Positions 38,968 through 47,867 of a stretch of DNA of 64,000 bases are shown here, in pieces. The notes below the pieces were generated by a model. It had not been told where the DNA came from. It saw nothing but the letters and a program-made list of their open reading frames with translations, and searched no databases. Every line of letters begins with the position of its first letter. Position 1 is the first letter of the stretch. The translations under genes were made by a program, and so were the position numbers. The stretch comes from Planctomycetota bacterium (GTDB taxonomy: Bacteria; Planctomycetota; UBA1135; GCA-002686595): NCBI GenBank assembly GCA_020638835.1, contig JACKHV010000009.1, positions 17,093 through 81,092 on the forward strand, written 5' to 3'.

Positions 38968-40287
38968 TCACAACCCGAGGATCACGACCCGACCCGCGCA
39001 GTTGTCCGCCCTGGGATCGCCCAGCATCAGCTCTTCGTGCGCGTCGGACGGATCGACGTCCCCGCGGTCGACGCCGAAGGCCCAGTAGGCCGCGCCCGGC
39101 GGCATCGGCACGATCACAGGCGGCTGCGAGAGGTCCGCGGACTCCCACACGTGCACGTCGCGGTCGTCGATGGAGATCACGGCGAGGTCGGGCGTGGAGT
39201 CGCCGAGCAGGTCGACGAGGCTGACGTCGAAGCCGAAGAGGCCCAGGTGCGATGGACTCGCGTCGGAGACCTGCTGCACGTTCGAGAGGCCCGCGCCCGA
39301 GAACAGGAACGCGGCGCCGGAGTCTTCTTGTTGACCGCCGGGGCAGGTCCAGCCGAGCGGTTCCTTGCGCTGCGCGCTCACCGCGACCATGCCGTCGCGC
39401 GCGTCGAAGCCCTTGCCGTAGCGCGGACCGAAGTCGCACGGCACGACGTTCGGATCGTCGAGCCGCAGCGGCGCGGGGACGGCGACGCCCGCGGGGGCGA
39501 TCACCGGCGAAGGATGCACGTACACGGCGCCGGCGAAAGGGGCGCCGACCTGCGCGTTGCCTTGCGCCGAGACGATCAAGTCGAGCCAGCCGTCGCCGTC
39601 GACGTCGTCGACCTTCAGCTTCTGGCCGTACTGTCCGCGATAGCCGAGCCCTTGCGCGAAGCCGGGGTTGACGATGATGCGCTCGGTCGTGAGCAAGCTG
39701 CTGAAGACATGGACCGTGCCGACGCTGACGACGCCGCCGACGTCGGAGCGTCCCGCCCCCACCGCGAGGTCCGGCGAGCCGTCGCGGTCCAGGTCGCCGA
39801 CCGCGACTCCGGTGCCGAAGGCCGTCACGCCGGGTCGCCAGCTCGAGAGCCGGCGCAGAAGACGAGTCTTCGAGTAGATGTGAATCTCGCCGCGACCGCC
39901 GCGCGCCCTGGTCGCCCCGATCACGATTTCGTCGCCGGGAACGCCGTCGAGCTCGCCGGCGGCCAGCGACGCGCCGAAGAAGTCACCGGGGCCGTGCGGG
40001 CAGCCGGTGAAGAAGCCCTCGGGTTCGAAGCTGACGACCGTCGGGTTCGCGAAGTCGGGCCCGAGGAAGACGTGCACCGCGTCCTGCCCCGGCTCGGCGA
40101 CGGCGACGTCCTGCGCACCGTCTCCGTCGAAATCGAGTACCAGCACGCGGTGACCGAACTGACCGCCGCCCTCCGGGCAGCTGTCCGAGACGAGCGGACA
40201 GGGCGGCGTCAGGATCGTGTAGTCCTGTGCCGAAGCGAGCGCGGTGAGCGCGCAGCAAGAGATGGCGGTGTGCGGCGGAGTCGACAT
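38968..40287 (-). CDS. Exported FG-GAP (integrin-alpha-like) repeat protein
   Basis: Signal MSTPPHTAISCCALTALASAQD. FGHRVLVLDFDGDGAQDVAVAEPG, FGASLAAGELDGVPGDEIVIGA, FGTGVAVGDLDRDGSPDLAVGA, YGQKLKVDDVDGDGWLDLIVSA and FGFDVSLVDLLGDSTPDLAV are FG-GAP repeats. Confidence 0.8.
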   Translation of the reverse strand: MSTPPHTAISCCALTALASAQDYTILTPPCPLVSDSCPEGGGQFGHRVLVLDFDGDGAQDVAVAEPGQDAVHVFLGPDFANPTVVSFEPEGFFTGCPHGPGDFFGASLAAGELDGVPGDEIVIGATRARGGRGEIHIYSKTRLLRRLSSWRPGVTAFGTGVAVGDLDRDGSPDLAVGAGRSDVGGVVSVGTVHVFSSLLTTERIIVNPGFAQGLGYRGQYGQKLKVDDVDGDGWLDLIVSAQGNAQVGAPFAGAVYVHPSPVIAPAGVAVPAPLRLDDPNVVPCDFGPRYGKGFDARDGMVAVSAQRKEPLGWTCPGGQQEDSGAAFLFSGAGLSNVQQVSDASPSHLGLFGFDVSLVDLLGDSTPDLAVISIDDRDVHVWESADLSQPPVIVPMPPGAAYWAFGVDRGDVDPSDAHEELMLGDPRADNCAGRVVILGL

Positions 40288-40315
40288 GCGGGAGATCCCG
40301 ATCGATCCGCCGAGT

Positions 40316-41467
40316 CTAGCTCTTCTCCGCCGCGCTCGCCTGCAGCTCGCCGACGAGCAGCTCGCAGTCGATCGCGCCGTTCTTGAGCGCGACCGTCTCG
40401 AGGCCGTCGAGCTTCAGCGAGCGCGCGAGCTTCGTGTTGCCCGAGAGCAGCGCGATGTGGTAACCGGTGCACTGGTCGCGCAGCTTCTCGCCGAGCTGTC
40501 GGTACAGCGGCCAGAGCCGGTCGACCTCGCCTACGCGCTCGCCGTACGGCGGGTTCGTCACGATCCACGCGTTCCAGCCGGACTTCGCGGGGAACCGCAG
40601 CGCGTCCTTCTGCTCGAGCGTGACGAGGTCGGCGGCGCCGGCCGACGCGAGGTTCTCTCGCGCGCCCTCGAGCGTCTCGGCGCTCTGATCCAAGCCGATC
40701 AGAGTCAGCTTGGACGGGAACTTCACGCGCGCGCGAGCTTCTTCTCGCATGCGTTCCCACGCGTCTTTTCGGAAGCCGGGGAGGCGCTCGAAGGCGAAGG
40801 ACTTGCGGAAGCTGCCCGGCGCGACGCCACCCGCGATCAACGCGGCTTCGATCAAGATCGTGCCGGAACCGCAGAAGGGGTCGATCAGCGGCGCGCGGCC
40901 GTTCCAGCCCGAGCGCAACACCATCGCGGCCGCCAGCGTCTCGGACAGCGGCGCGCGTCCTTGGAACTTGCGCCAGCCGCGCTTGTGCAGCGAGACGCCG
41001 GAAGTGTCGATCAGCAGCGAGCAGCGGTTCTTCGTGAGGTGCGCGACGATGCGCAGGTCCGGGTCTTCCTTGTCGACGCTCGGCCGCCGGCCATCGTTGG
41101 CGCGGAACTGGTCGCAGATCGCGTCCTTCACGCGTTGCGCGACGAACAGCGAGTGATCGATCTCCGAGTCCTTCGCGTGCCCGTCGACGACGAGCGTCCC
41201 GGCGGCGCTCATGTACTTGGACCAGTCGACCGAGCTCGCTCCGCGGTGCAGCGCGTCCGCGTCGCGCGCAGTGAAGCGGACGACGCGCATCAGGACTCGC
41301 ACGGCGGTACGCAGCTCGAGGTTCGCGCGCCACGCGTCTTCGATGCGGCCTTGGAAGGCGACGCCGCCGACCTGACGCTCGACCTTGCCGAGCCGCAGGC
41401 GGTTGCACTCCTCGTGCAGGATCGGTTCCAGACCGGGCGCGCAGGTGATGAAGAAGTGGGAGTTCAT
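40316..41467 (-). CDS. THUMP-domain class I SAM-dependent RNA methyltransferase (RlmL/Trm14-like)
   Basis: ATG 41467 (MNSHFFITCAPGLEPILHEE...). THUMP-like N-terminus, PLIDPFCGSGTILIEAAL motif I and IVTNPPYGERVG motif IV. Confidence 0.8.
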   Translation of the reverse strand: MNSHFFITCAPGLEPILHEECNRLRLGKVERQVGGVAFQGRIEDAWRANLELRTAVRVLMRVVRFTARDADALHRGASSVDWSKYMSAAGTLVVDGHAKDSEIDHSLFVAQRVKDAICDQFRANDGRRPSVDKEDPDLRIVAHLTKNRCSLLIDTSGVSLHKRGWRKFQGRAPLSETLAAAMVLRSGWNGRAPLIDPFCGSGTILIEAALIAGGVAPGSFRKSFAFERLPGFRKDAWERMREEARARVKFPSKLTLIGLDQSAETLEGARENLASAGAADLVTLEQKDALRFPAKSGWNAWIVTNPPYGERVGEVDRLWPLYRQLGEKLRDQCTGYHIALLSGNTKLARSLKLDGLETVALKNGAIDCELLVGELQASAAEKS

Positions 41468-41481
41468 GTTCGTCGTGCGAC

Positions 41482-42303
41482 TCAGTGCGCGAGGCCCAGA
41501 GCGCGTTCGGTCGGCGACCAGTAGCGCGCGTACTCGACGCGCTCGAAGCCGCAGGCCTGGAGGCACCGCGTCAGCTCGGCTTCGAGTTCCGCGAGCCGCG
41601 CGTGTTCGTCGGCGCCCAGCTCGACGCGCGCCAGATCGCCGTGGTGCCGGACGCGCAGCACGGCGAGGCCGAGCTCACGCAGCGCATCTTCGGCGGCTTC
41701 GACGCGCGCGAGGCGTTCCCGCGTGACCTCGGTGTTCAGCGGGATGCGCGAGGCGAGGCAGGCCGAAGCGGGTTTCTCGGCGAGCTCGAGCTCGGCTTCG
41801 CGTGCGTAGCGCCGCACGTCTTCCTTGGTGAAGCCGGCGTCGGCGAGGGGCGCGACCACGCCGAACTCCCCCGCCGCGCGGGCGCCCGGTCGGTCGTCGA
41901 AGCGGTCGTCGGTGATCTCGCCGAAGGCCAGGGCGTCGAACCCGCGCTCGCGCGCCCAGGGTTCCATGCGTGCGAAGAGAGCCGACTTGCAGTGGTAGCA
42001 GCGGTCGCCGGCGTTCGCGCGGTAGGCAGGGTCGTCGAGCTCGTCGGTGCGCGCGACTTCCAGGCGTGCGCCGATGCGTTCGGCGAAGGCTTGCGCTTCA
42101 GCGAGCTCGCGGCGCGGCAGCGACGCGGAGTCCGCGATCACGGCCGACGCGCGGTCGCCGAGCACGCAGCGCGCCGCGTGCAGCAGCACGCCGGAGTCGA
42201 CGCCGCCCGAGAAGGCGACGGCGACGCTGCGCAGTTCGCCGAGCGACGCGAGCAGCGCGCGCTTCTTCGAGTCGTAGTCAGCGCGAGCTTCCACCGTCTC
42301 CAC
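41482..42303 (-). CDS. larE: PP-loop ATP pyrophosphatase, LarE-like sulfur transferase family (TIGR00268-like)
   Basis: VAVAFSGGVDSGVLLHAA is a PP-loop (SGGxDS). DRCYHCKSALF and FGEITDD are family-typical. GTG start, overlapping the end of the downstream gene by 26 nt, so the true start may be slightly internal. The symbol is tentative. Confidence 0.65.
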   Translation of the reverse strand: METVEARADYDSKKRALLASLGELRSVAVAFSGGVDSGVLLHAARCVLGDRASAVIADSASLPRRELAEAQAFAERIGARLEVARTDELDDPAYRANAGDRCYHCKSALFARMEPWARERGFDALAFGEITDDRFDDRPGARAAGEFGVVAPLADAGFTKEDVRRYAREAELELAEKPASACLASRIPLNTEVTRERLARVEAAEDALRELGLAVLRVRHHGDLARVELGADEHARLAELEAELTRCLQACGFERVEYARYWSPTERALGLAH

Positions 42304-42811
42304 CGGGTTCCAGATACAGCCGGATCTTGTTCACGTAGCCTTCCGCGCTGCGGCGGATCGACTCGACCTCTTCGTCGGTGACCTGGCGCATCACCTTCGC
42401 CGGCACGCCGGCGACCAGGCTGCGCGGCGGGACCTCGAAGTTCTCGCGCACGACGGCTCCCGCGGCGACGATCGACTCTTCGCCGATCACCGAACCGGAG
42501 AGCAGCACCGACCCCATGCCGATGAGGCAGCGATCGCCGACGCGCGATCCGTGCAGCACGACGCGGTGGCCGATGGTGACCTCTTCACCGATCACGTTCG
42601 GCACGCCGGTGTCGGCGTGGATCATCGTCAGGTCCTGCACGTTCGTGCGACGGCCGATCGAGAGCGGCGCGTCGTCTCCGCGCACCACGCAGCCGAACCA
42701 CACGCCGACGTCCTCGCCGAGCGTGACGTCGCCGGTCAGCGTCGCGTTCGTCGCGGCGAAGGCGCCGTCCGCGACCGGACGGAAGAGTCCAACACTAGGG
42801 TACTGGGTCAT
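42278..42811 (-). CDS. Gamma-class carbonic anhydrase-like / hexapeptide-repeat (LbH) protein
   Basis: ATG 42811. GDVTLGEDVGVWFGCVVRGD...IGRRTNVQDLTMIHAD...IGHRVVLHG...IGMGSVLLSGSVIG is the left-handed beta-helix pattern. 177 aa. Confidence 0.85.
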   Translation of the reverse strand: MTQYPSVGLFRPVADGAFAATNATLTGDVTLGEDVGVWFGCVVRGDDAPLSIGRRTNVQDLTMIHADTGVPNVIGEEVTIGHRVVLHGSRVGDRCLIGMGSVLLSGSVIGEESIVAAGAVVRENFEVPPRSLVAGVPAKVMRQVTDEEVESIRRSAEGYVNKIRLYLEPGGDGGSSR

Positions 42812-43695
42812 GACGTGAGTCCGAGGATGCCGAGCAGCCCGCCCGGAGGCCCGACCAGGTCGGGACGATGGAGGAACACAGCAATCATCGCACCGTTGTG
42901 CACGGCGTGCACGGCCCACGAAGCCCACAAGCGACGCGTGCGCAGCGCGACGCCGCCCAACAGCAAGCTGAGCACGAAGATCGGACCGAAGGCCGCGCCC
43001 CCGTGCAGCGCCGCGAAGATCAACGAGGTGAGGATCACCCCCCCGCGGTCGTGGAAGTTCTGCACCAGGAACGGCTGCAGGAAGCCGCGGAAGAGCAGTT
43101 CCTCGAAGAAGGGCACGACCAGCGTGGCGAGCAGGCAGGCGACCGCGAGCCGTCCGCCGGCGAGGTCCGCGAAGCCGAGCAACACTTGCTGCGCCTCGGG
43201 AACGCCGCCCAGGCGCTCGTAGAGCCACGGCCAGAACAGCCCGGCACCGAACAGCGCCGGCAGGAACAGGACGTACAGGCCGAGGGCGTAGAGCACCGCG
43301 GCGACGCTCTTCTCGCGCTGCAGCCCGAGGCTGACGACCCAGTTCGGTTCCGTGCGCTTCGCGCTGAACCACACGACGGCCGCGGGCGGGAGCATGCTGA
43401 GCGCGAGCATCGACAGGATGCCCACGAGGTCCGGCTCCGCGCCGACGAGCATCGGCGTGAGGCGATGCGCGACCATGCCGGAGAGCAGCAACGCGACGAC
43501 GGCGAGCACGAGGTGACGCCCGCCCCAGCGCGCGAAGAACACGCGACGCTCGGGGACGACGAGGTCGCCGATGTGCTTCGCGAGCGGCAGCAGCGCGAAG
43601 CCCGTCGTCGCCAGGACGGCGCCGACGGCCGCGACGGTCACGGCGCTGGGAGCGGTTTGGAGCACGGCGATCGGAGCGGCGAGCGAATCACTCAC
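42808..43695 (-). CDS. CPBP-family intramembrane glutamic protease (CAAX protease/Abi)
   Basis: Multi-TM protein. Motif 1 [11 protein letters not shown], motif 2 FAALHG, motif 3 WAVHAVHNG. Its stop overlaps the downstream start (ATGA). Confidence 0.85.
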   Translation of the reverse strand: MSDSLAAPIAVLQTAPSAVTVAAVGAVLATTGFALLPLAKHIGDLVVPERRVFFARWGGRHLVLAVVALLLSGMVAHRLTPMLVGAEPDLVGILSMLALSMLPPAAVVWFSAKRTEPNWVVSLGLQREKSVAAVLYALGLYVLFLPALFGAGLFWPWLYERLGGVPEAQQVLLGFADLAGGRLAVACLLATLVVPFFEELLFRGFLQPFLVQNFHDRGGVILTSLIFAALHGGAAFGPIFVLSLLLGGVALRTRRLWASWAVHAVHNGAMIAVFLHRPDLVGPPGGLLGILGLTS

Positions 43696-44515
43696 CCGCG
43701 ATGCCGGCCGGCTCGGGCGCGGCGCCGGCGATGCGTCCCTGCATCGGCGAGGACGCGTTCGCGTAGAGGCGGCGCGGGATGCGACCCGCGAGGTACGCGT
43801 GGCGACCCGCTTCGCAAGCGAGCCGCATGGCGTGAGCCATGCGCAGGGGTTCGTGCGCCAGCGCGATGCCGGAGTTCAGCAGCACGCCTTCCGCGCCGAG
43901 TTCCATCGCGATCGAGACGTCCGACGCCGTCCCGACGCCCGCGTCGACGATCACCGGACAACCCTCGACGAGCTCGAGGATGATGCGCAGCGCGTTCGTG
44001 TTCAGGATGCCCTGGCCGGAACCGATCGGCGAACCCGCAGGCATCACCGACCGCACGCCCAGCTCGGCGAGCCGCACGCACATGCGCGGGTCGTCGGAGG
44101 TGTAGACGAGCACGTCGAAACCCTGCGCGACGAGTTCCTTCGTCGCTTCCAGCGTGCCGACGGGATCGGGCAGCAGCGTCTTCTCGTCGCCGAGCACCTC
44201 GAGCTTCACGAGCGTCGTTCCGAGCAGGTCGCGCGCGAGTTCCGCCGTGCGGATCGCCGAGGCCGCGTCGAAGCAGCCGGCAGTGTTCGGCAGGATGTGG
44301 TAGCGGTCGCGGTCGATGACGTCGAACAGCGACGGTCCCTTCGAAGCGTCGAGGTTCACGCGGCGGATCGCGACGGTGACCATCTCGGTCCCGCTGATCT
44401 CGAGCGCGCGTGCCGTCTCGTCCAGGTCCTTGTACTTGCCGGTCCCGACGAGCAGCCGGGAGCCGAGCTCGATCTCGCCGAGGCGCAGGGGTTCGTCCGC
44501 GAGGGGATTGTGCAT
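43688..44515 (-). CDS. thiG: Thiazole synthase ThiG
   Basis: ATG 44515. [21 protein letters not shown]...HILPNTAGC...[17 protein letters not shown]...[14 protein letters not shown]...[13 protein letters not shown]...GVLLNSGIA is a full-length ThiG signature. 275 aa. Confidence 0.95.
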   Translation of the reverse strand: MHNPLADEPLRLGEIELGSRLLVGTGKYKDLDETARALEISGTEMVTVAIRRVNLDASKGPSLFDVIDRDRYHILPNTAGCFDAASAIRTAELARDLLGTTLVKLEVLGDEKTLLPDPVGTLEATKELVAQGFDVLVYTSDDPRMCVRLAELGVRSVMPAGSPIGSGQGILNTNALRIILELVEGCPVIVDAGVGTASDVSIAMELGAEGVLLNSGIALAHEPLRMAHAMRLACEAGRHAYLAGRIPRRLYANASSPMQGRIAGAAPEPAGIAGE

Positions 44516-44544
44516 CTTGGTCACCAGGGATCTCTCGGGTTCGA

Positions 44545-44745
44545 TCAGCCGCCGCCCACCAGCGTAACGAGTTCGACCCGGTCGAGGGGGGCGAGCGCGT
44601 GCTGCGCGCGACGGTCGCGAGCGACGAGGCGTTCGTTGACTTCCACGGCCACTTGTTCGGCGGCGAGGCCGCGCGCGGCGACGAGGTCGGCGACGGTCGC
44701 GCCGTCCTCGATCTCGATGGGGTTCCCGTTCAGTCGGATCTGCAT
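44545..44745 (-). CDS. thiS: Sulfur carrier protein ThiS
   Basis: 66 aa, [22 protein letters not shown]...[10 protein letters not shown]. Ubiquitin-like with a C-terminal GG, directly upstream of thiG. Confidence 0.9.
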   Translation of the reverse strand: MQIRLNGNPIEIEDGATVADLVAARGLAAEQVAVEVNERLVARDRRAQHALAPLDRVELVTLVGGG

Positions 44746-44781
44746 CGCCGGCCTGTTCCGTGCGTCGCGGAGGAGCGTGGC

Positions 44782-45960
44782 CTACTCGACGCGCAGGAAC
44801 GCGCACTTCAGGTAGTTCGTCTCGGGCAGGGCCAAGAGGTACGGATGGTCGGGAGACGCGCCGCGCAGTTCGTGCAGGTAGACCTCGCGCCCGGCGGCGC
44901 GCGCCGCCTTCGAGAGGAACTGCAGGAAGAGCTCCGGGCGCACGTTGTAGCTGCACGACGCGCTGACGAGCATCCCGCCGGGTTCGACGAGGTCCATCGC
45001 GCGACGGTTCAGTTCGACGTACCCGCGCTCCGAGCCGGCGAGCTCGCGCTTGTTGCGCGCGAAGGCCGGCGGGTCGACGATCACGACACCGTACGACTCG
45101 CCCTTCTCGGCGCGGTCGCGCAGGTCCTGCATGCAGTTGCCCTTCTCGAAGCGCACGCGGTCGGCGACGCCGTTGCGCTCGGCGTTGCGCAGCACGCGTT
45201 CGCCGGCGGGCGCGGACTGGTCCACGCAGACGACCTCGGAAGCGCCGGCGAGCGCCGCGCGGATGCCGAACAAGCCGTCGTAGCAGAAGGCGTCGAGCAC
45301 CTTCTTGTCCTTCGCGAAGTCCGCCGCGCGTCGGCGGTTGACGCGCTGGTCGAGGTAGTGCCCGGTCTTGTGGCCCTCGAAGACGTCGACCTCGTACTTC
45401 AGCCCGTCCTCGTCGACGATCAGCGGCGACTCGAACTCGCCCTGCAGCAGCTCGACGCGCGTGTCGAGTTCTTCCAGGCGCCGGATCGAAGCGTCGGAGC
45501 GCTCGACGATCGCGTCGAGCTCGAAGGGCAGCTCTTCGACGAGCAGCTCGAGCAGGAAGTCGCGCATACGGTCCGACGCCTGCGCCGAGCTCGCCGCGAC
45601 CGCGACGCGCCCATACAGGTCGACGATCCAGCCGGGCAGGCCGTCGGCGTCGCCGGAGATCAACCGACAGGCGCCGTTCGGGTCCAGCAGCCCCATGCGC
45701 CCGCGCGCCGCGATCGCGCGCCGCACGCGCTCCGCCCAGAAGTCGCGCTTCGGCTGTTCCGTCTCGCTGCTGATCATCCGCACGGCGATCTTCGAGGCGG
45801 AGCTGTAGAGCCCCCACCCCAGCGGATTCCCGTTCGGGTCCTGCACGGGCAGCAGCTCGCCGGGCGCACCCTCGCCCCCCGCGATGTCGTCGCGGTAGAC
45901 CCAGCGGTGTCCCTTGAGGAGCCAGCGGCGCCCCTTCCCAGTCAGTTGCACACTTCCCAT
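44782..45960 (-). CDS. rlmI: PUA-domain class I SAM-dependent rRNA (cytosine-C5) methyltransferase, RlmI-like
   Basis: 392 aa. N-terminal [19 protein letters not shown] (PUA-like), [22 protein letters not shown] and [12 protein letters not shown]. Confidence 0.8.
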   Translation of the reverse strand: MGSVQLTGKGRRWLLKGHRWVYRDDIAGGEGAPGELLPVQDPNGNPLGWGLYSSASKIAVRMISSETEQPKRDFWAERVRRAIAARGRMGLLDPNGACRLISGDADGLPGWIVDLYGRVAVAASSAQASDRMRDFLLELLVEELPFELDAIVERSDASIRRLEELDTRVELLQGEFESPLIVDEDGLKYEVDVFEGHKTGHYLDQRVNRRRAADFAKDKKVLDAFCYDGLFGIRAALAGASEVVCVDQSAPAGERVLRNAERNGVADRVRFEKGNCMQDLRDRAEKGESYGVVIVDPPAFARNKRELAGSERGYVELNRRAMDLVEPGGMLVSASCSYNVRPELFLQFLSKAARAAGREVYLHELRGASPDHPYLLALPETNYLKCAFLRVE

Positions 45961-46096
45961 ATGTCTTGCCTCGCGCGTCCCGTCGACCGTCCGGAGCGCT
46001 TCCGGCGCGACGTTCTGAGCCGCGCATGCTACGGCTTCGAGGCCTTCCGTGGGCGCGGGAGCGCGGGAAAAGCGGGCCGTGGCGGGCTCCCGCCCC

Positions 46097-46834
46097 TCAG
46101 CAAGAGCCCGATTGCGCCCCCGAGTGCACTATGACTCGTCCCACAGCCGCCGACCGCGGCGCGGCCTCCACGGGAATGGCGCGATGGTGGCGCTTCCAAC
46201 CGTGCGAGAGCTTCCACCCGCCCCGCACCACCACCTCGCCCTCGCCGCCCGCCTCCCGCTCCGGCGGCCTCCCCGCCCAACCGTCGAAGTAGCACCCCGA
46301 CGAGTACACGTCCGGCTCGCCCACCACGCCGCACGGGTCGTGCAGCGTGCCGTGCTTCAGGTGGTTGTTCAGCACGTACACCAGCGCGTTGCGCACCTCG
46401 CGCAACGACTTCAACACCCGATCATGGAAGCGCTCGCGCAACACCCTTCCTGTGCGACGCCAGATCCCGTTCAGCGCCCGCGCGATCCGCGAGTTCAGCC
46501 CCTTCATCCCGTTCGACAGCGCCGACTTGCTGTCCGCTTCGATGATGAAGTGCACGTGATCGCGCTGGATCGAGTAGTGCACGATGCGGAAGTCCGCCCG
46601 CTGCGCGTCCCGGATGCAGCACGTCACCGCCCGCGCCTCGAGCCACTCGCGCAACCACGGCAAGCCCTGCGCCAACTTGATCGTCACGATGCGCGGGTCG
46701 TGCCGCGACACCCGCTCGCGCGCCGCGTGCGCCACACCGCTCTTGCGCTTCGGCCGCCCGGCCCCCTTGCGGCGACCTCCGTGCGTGCGCGGTTCGGGGA
46801 ACTCGAAGTCGGTCTGTTGCTGTATGCGGCGCAC
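46097..46834 (-). CDS. Y1/HUH tyrosine transposase-like protein (RAYT type), copy 2
   Basis: HYSIQRDHVHFIIEA (HUH), VRNALVYVLNNHLKH (Tyr helix), GGRRKGAGRPKRK basic N-terminus. GTG 46832-46834 (VRRIQQQTDFEF...) aligns with the copy 1 start. The open frame runs on to 47254 through the repeat, which I regard as non-coding. Roughly 55-65% aa identity to copy 1 by eye. Confidence 0.8.
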   Translation of the reverse strand: MRRIQQQTDFEFPEPRTHGGRRKGAGRPKRKSGVAHAARERVSRHDPRIVTIKLAQGLPWLREWLEARAVTCCIRDAQRADFRIVHYSIQRDHVHFIIEADSKSALSNGMKGLNSRIARALNGIWRRTGRVLRERFHDRVLKSLREVRNALVYVLNNHLKHGTLHDPCGVVGEPDVYSSGCYFDGWAGRPPEREAGGEGEVVVRGGWKLSHGWKRHHRAIPVEAAPRSAAVGRVIVHSGAQSGSC

Positions 46835-46863
46835 ACTACTTAGAACGATGCGCGCGGCGTGAA

Positions 46864-46910
46864 GTTCGCGATAAGTGCCGGATTCTTGCGCTATTCGCCG
46901 AATGGACGCA
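46864..46910 (-). repeat. Conserved 47-nt leader upstream of RAYT-like copy 2 (matches 5029-5075)
   Basis: 41/47 identical to the copy 1 leader, with the same spacing from the GTG start. Confidence 0.8.
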
Positions 46911-46993
46911 CAACCGAGAATCCGTGTCCGGGAGGTTTCGGTCGTTGGAATCGGCGTTCGTCGTTCCGCGTTGGTTCTCGGACTTTGGTCGTC

Positions 46994-47226
46994 GGTCACG
47001 GCTGACGCCGCGCTTCGCTCGAGCTCCGCCAAGGGCTCCGCTCCGCGCGGCTCGCTGGGCGCTTGGCGTGACGCGGCATCGGTCGCTTGCCGGCCGCCGA
47101 TGCCATCGCACGACAACACCGCCGTTATCAAGTTCGAGACGCGCCGCACCCGACCCCGCTGACGTGAAAGCGAGCCCCGCGAGCGGAGCCCTTGGCGGAG
47201 CTCGAGCGAGCGGGGCGGCACCGCGA
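46994..47226. repeat. 233-bp giant-hairpin element, copy A (REPIN/BIME-like or MITE-like)
   Basis: 47015-47043 (TCGCTCGAGCTCCGCCAAGGGCTCCGCTC) is the exact reverse complement of 47181-47209. Imperfect pairing extends the stem to about 45 bp. About 96% identical to copy B. Confidence 0.85.
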
Positions 47227-47505
47227 CGACCAACGACCAATGACCAATGGCCAACGACCGACCGCCGACGACTGACGATCAACGGACGACGACCAACTCC
47301 CGAGGTCGTCTGCCGGCCAGTGCGTCGACTTCAGGTTGCGGCGATCACCGGCGCTGACTTGTCGCTTTCTGACCGCGATCATCACCGCCACTGCGTGGTC
47401 GCCTTCAGCTCGCAACCCTCGCCGTCACTTAGTGCTCGTCTTCAGATCGCGGCATTCGCTGTCGCTCACTCGGCACTCGTCGTTGGCCGGTGATCGTTGA
47501 TCCTT

Positions 47506-47738
47506 GGTCACGGCTGACGCCGCGCTTCGCTCGAGCTCCGCCAAGGGCTCCGCTCCGCGCGGCTCGCTGGGCGCTGGGCGTGTCGCGGCATTCGTGGCTT
47601 GCCGGTCGCCGATGCGCTCGCACGACAACACCGCCGTTATCAAGTTCGAGACGCGCCGCACCCGACCCCGCTGACGTGAAAGCGAGCCCCGCGAGCGGAG
47701 CCCTTGGCGGAGCTCGAGCGAGCGGGGCGGCACTGCGA
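47506..47738. repeat. 233-bp giant-hairpin element, copy B
   Basis: Direct repeat of 46994-47226, 512 bp away. I count 9 mismatches, 8 of them within the central 49 nt (47576-47624). Confidence 0.85.
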
Positions 47739-47867
47739 TGACCAGCGAGCAACTACAAATCCGCAGCGACCGACTCGCAACACAACCGGAAGCGCGCAGC
47801 CGGCGCGGGGTCCGCCTCACCCCACGACATCACGCTCGTCACGGCCTGCGGATCCGTGGGTGTCGGC

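Noticed and set aside
44746-44781. Looked for a TPP (THI-box) riboswitch upstream of thiS/thiG, and also in 45961-46096 upstream of rlmI
   Set aside because: Only 36 nt separate rlmI from thiS. The 136-nt region upstream of rlmI lacks the conserved CUGAGA / ACCUGAUCUGGAUAAUGCCAGCG-type elements on the minus strand. It shows only a GC-rich inverted repeat (GCGGGAGC...GCTCCCGC), which more likely follows the RAYT-like gene.
43688-46027. 779-aa minus-strand ORF spanning thiG, thiS and rlmI
   Set aside because: Only the C-terminal 275 aa (ThiG, ATG 44515) are recognisable. The rest is an Arg-rich alternate frame over thiS and rlmI, which have their own convincing frames.
47228-47300. CCAAYGA-type micro-repeats (gaccaacgaccaatgaccaatggccaacgaccgacc) and the Ala/Glu periodicity at 21-23 kb, considered as possible CRISPR or tandem arrays
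   Set aside because: The units are 6-8 nt and irregular, with no spacer-repeat architecture and no cas genes. The 21-23 kb periodicity is coding coiled-coil low complexity. No CRISPR array is present in the window.
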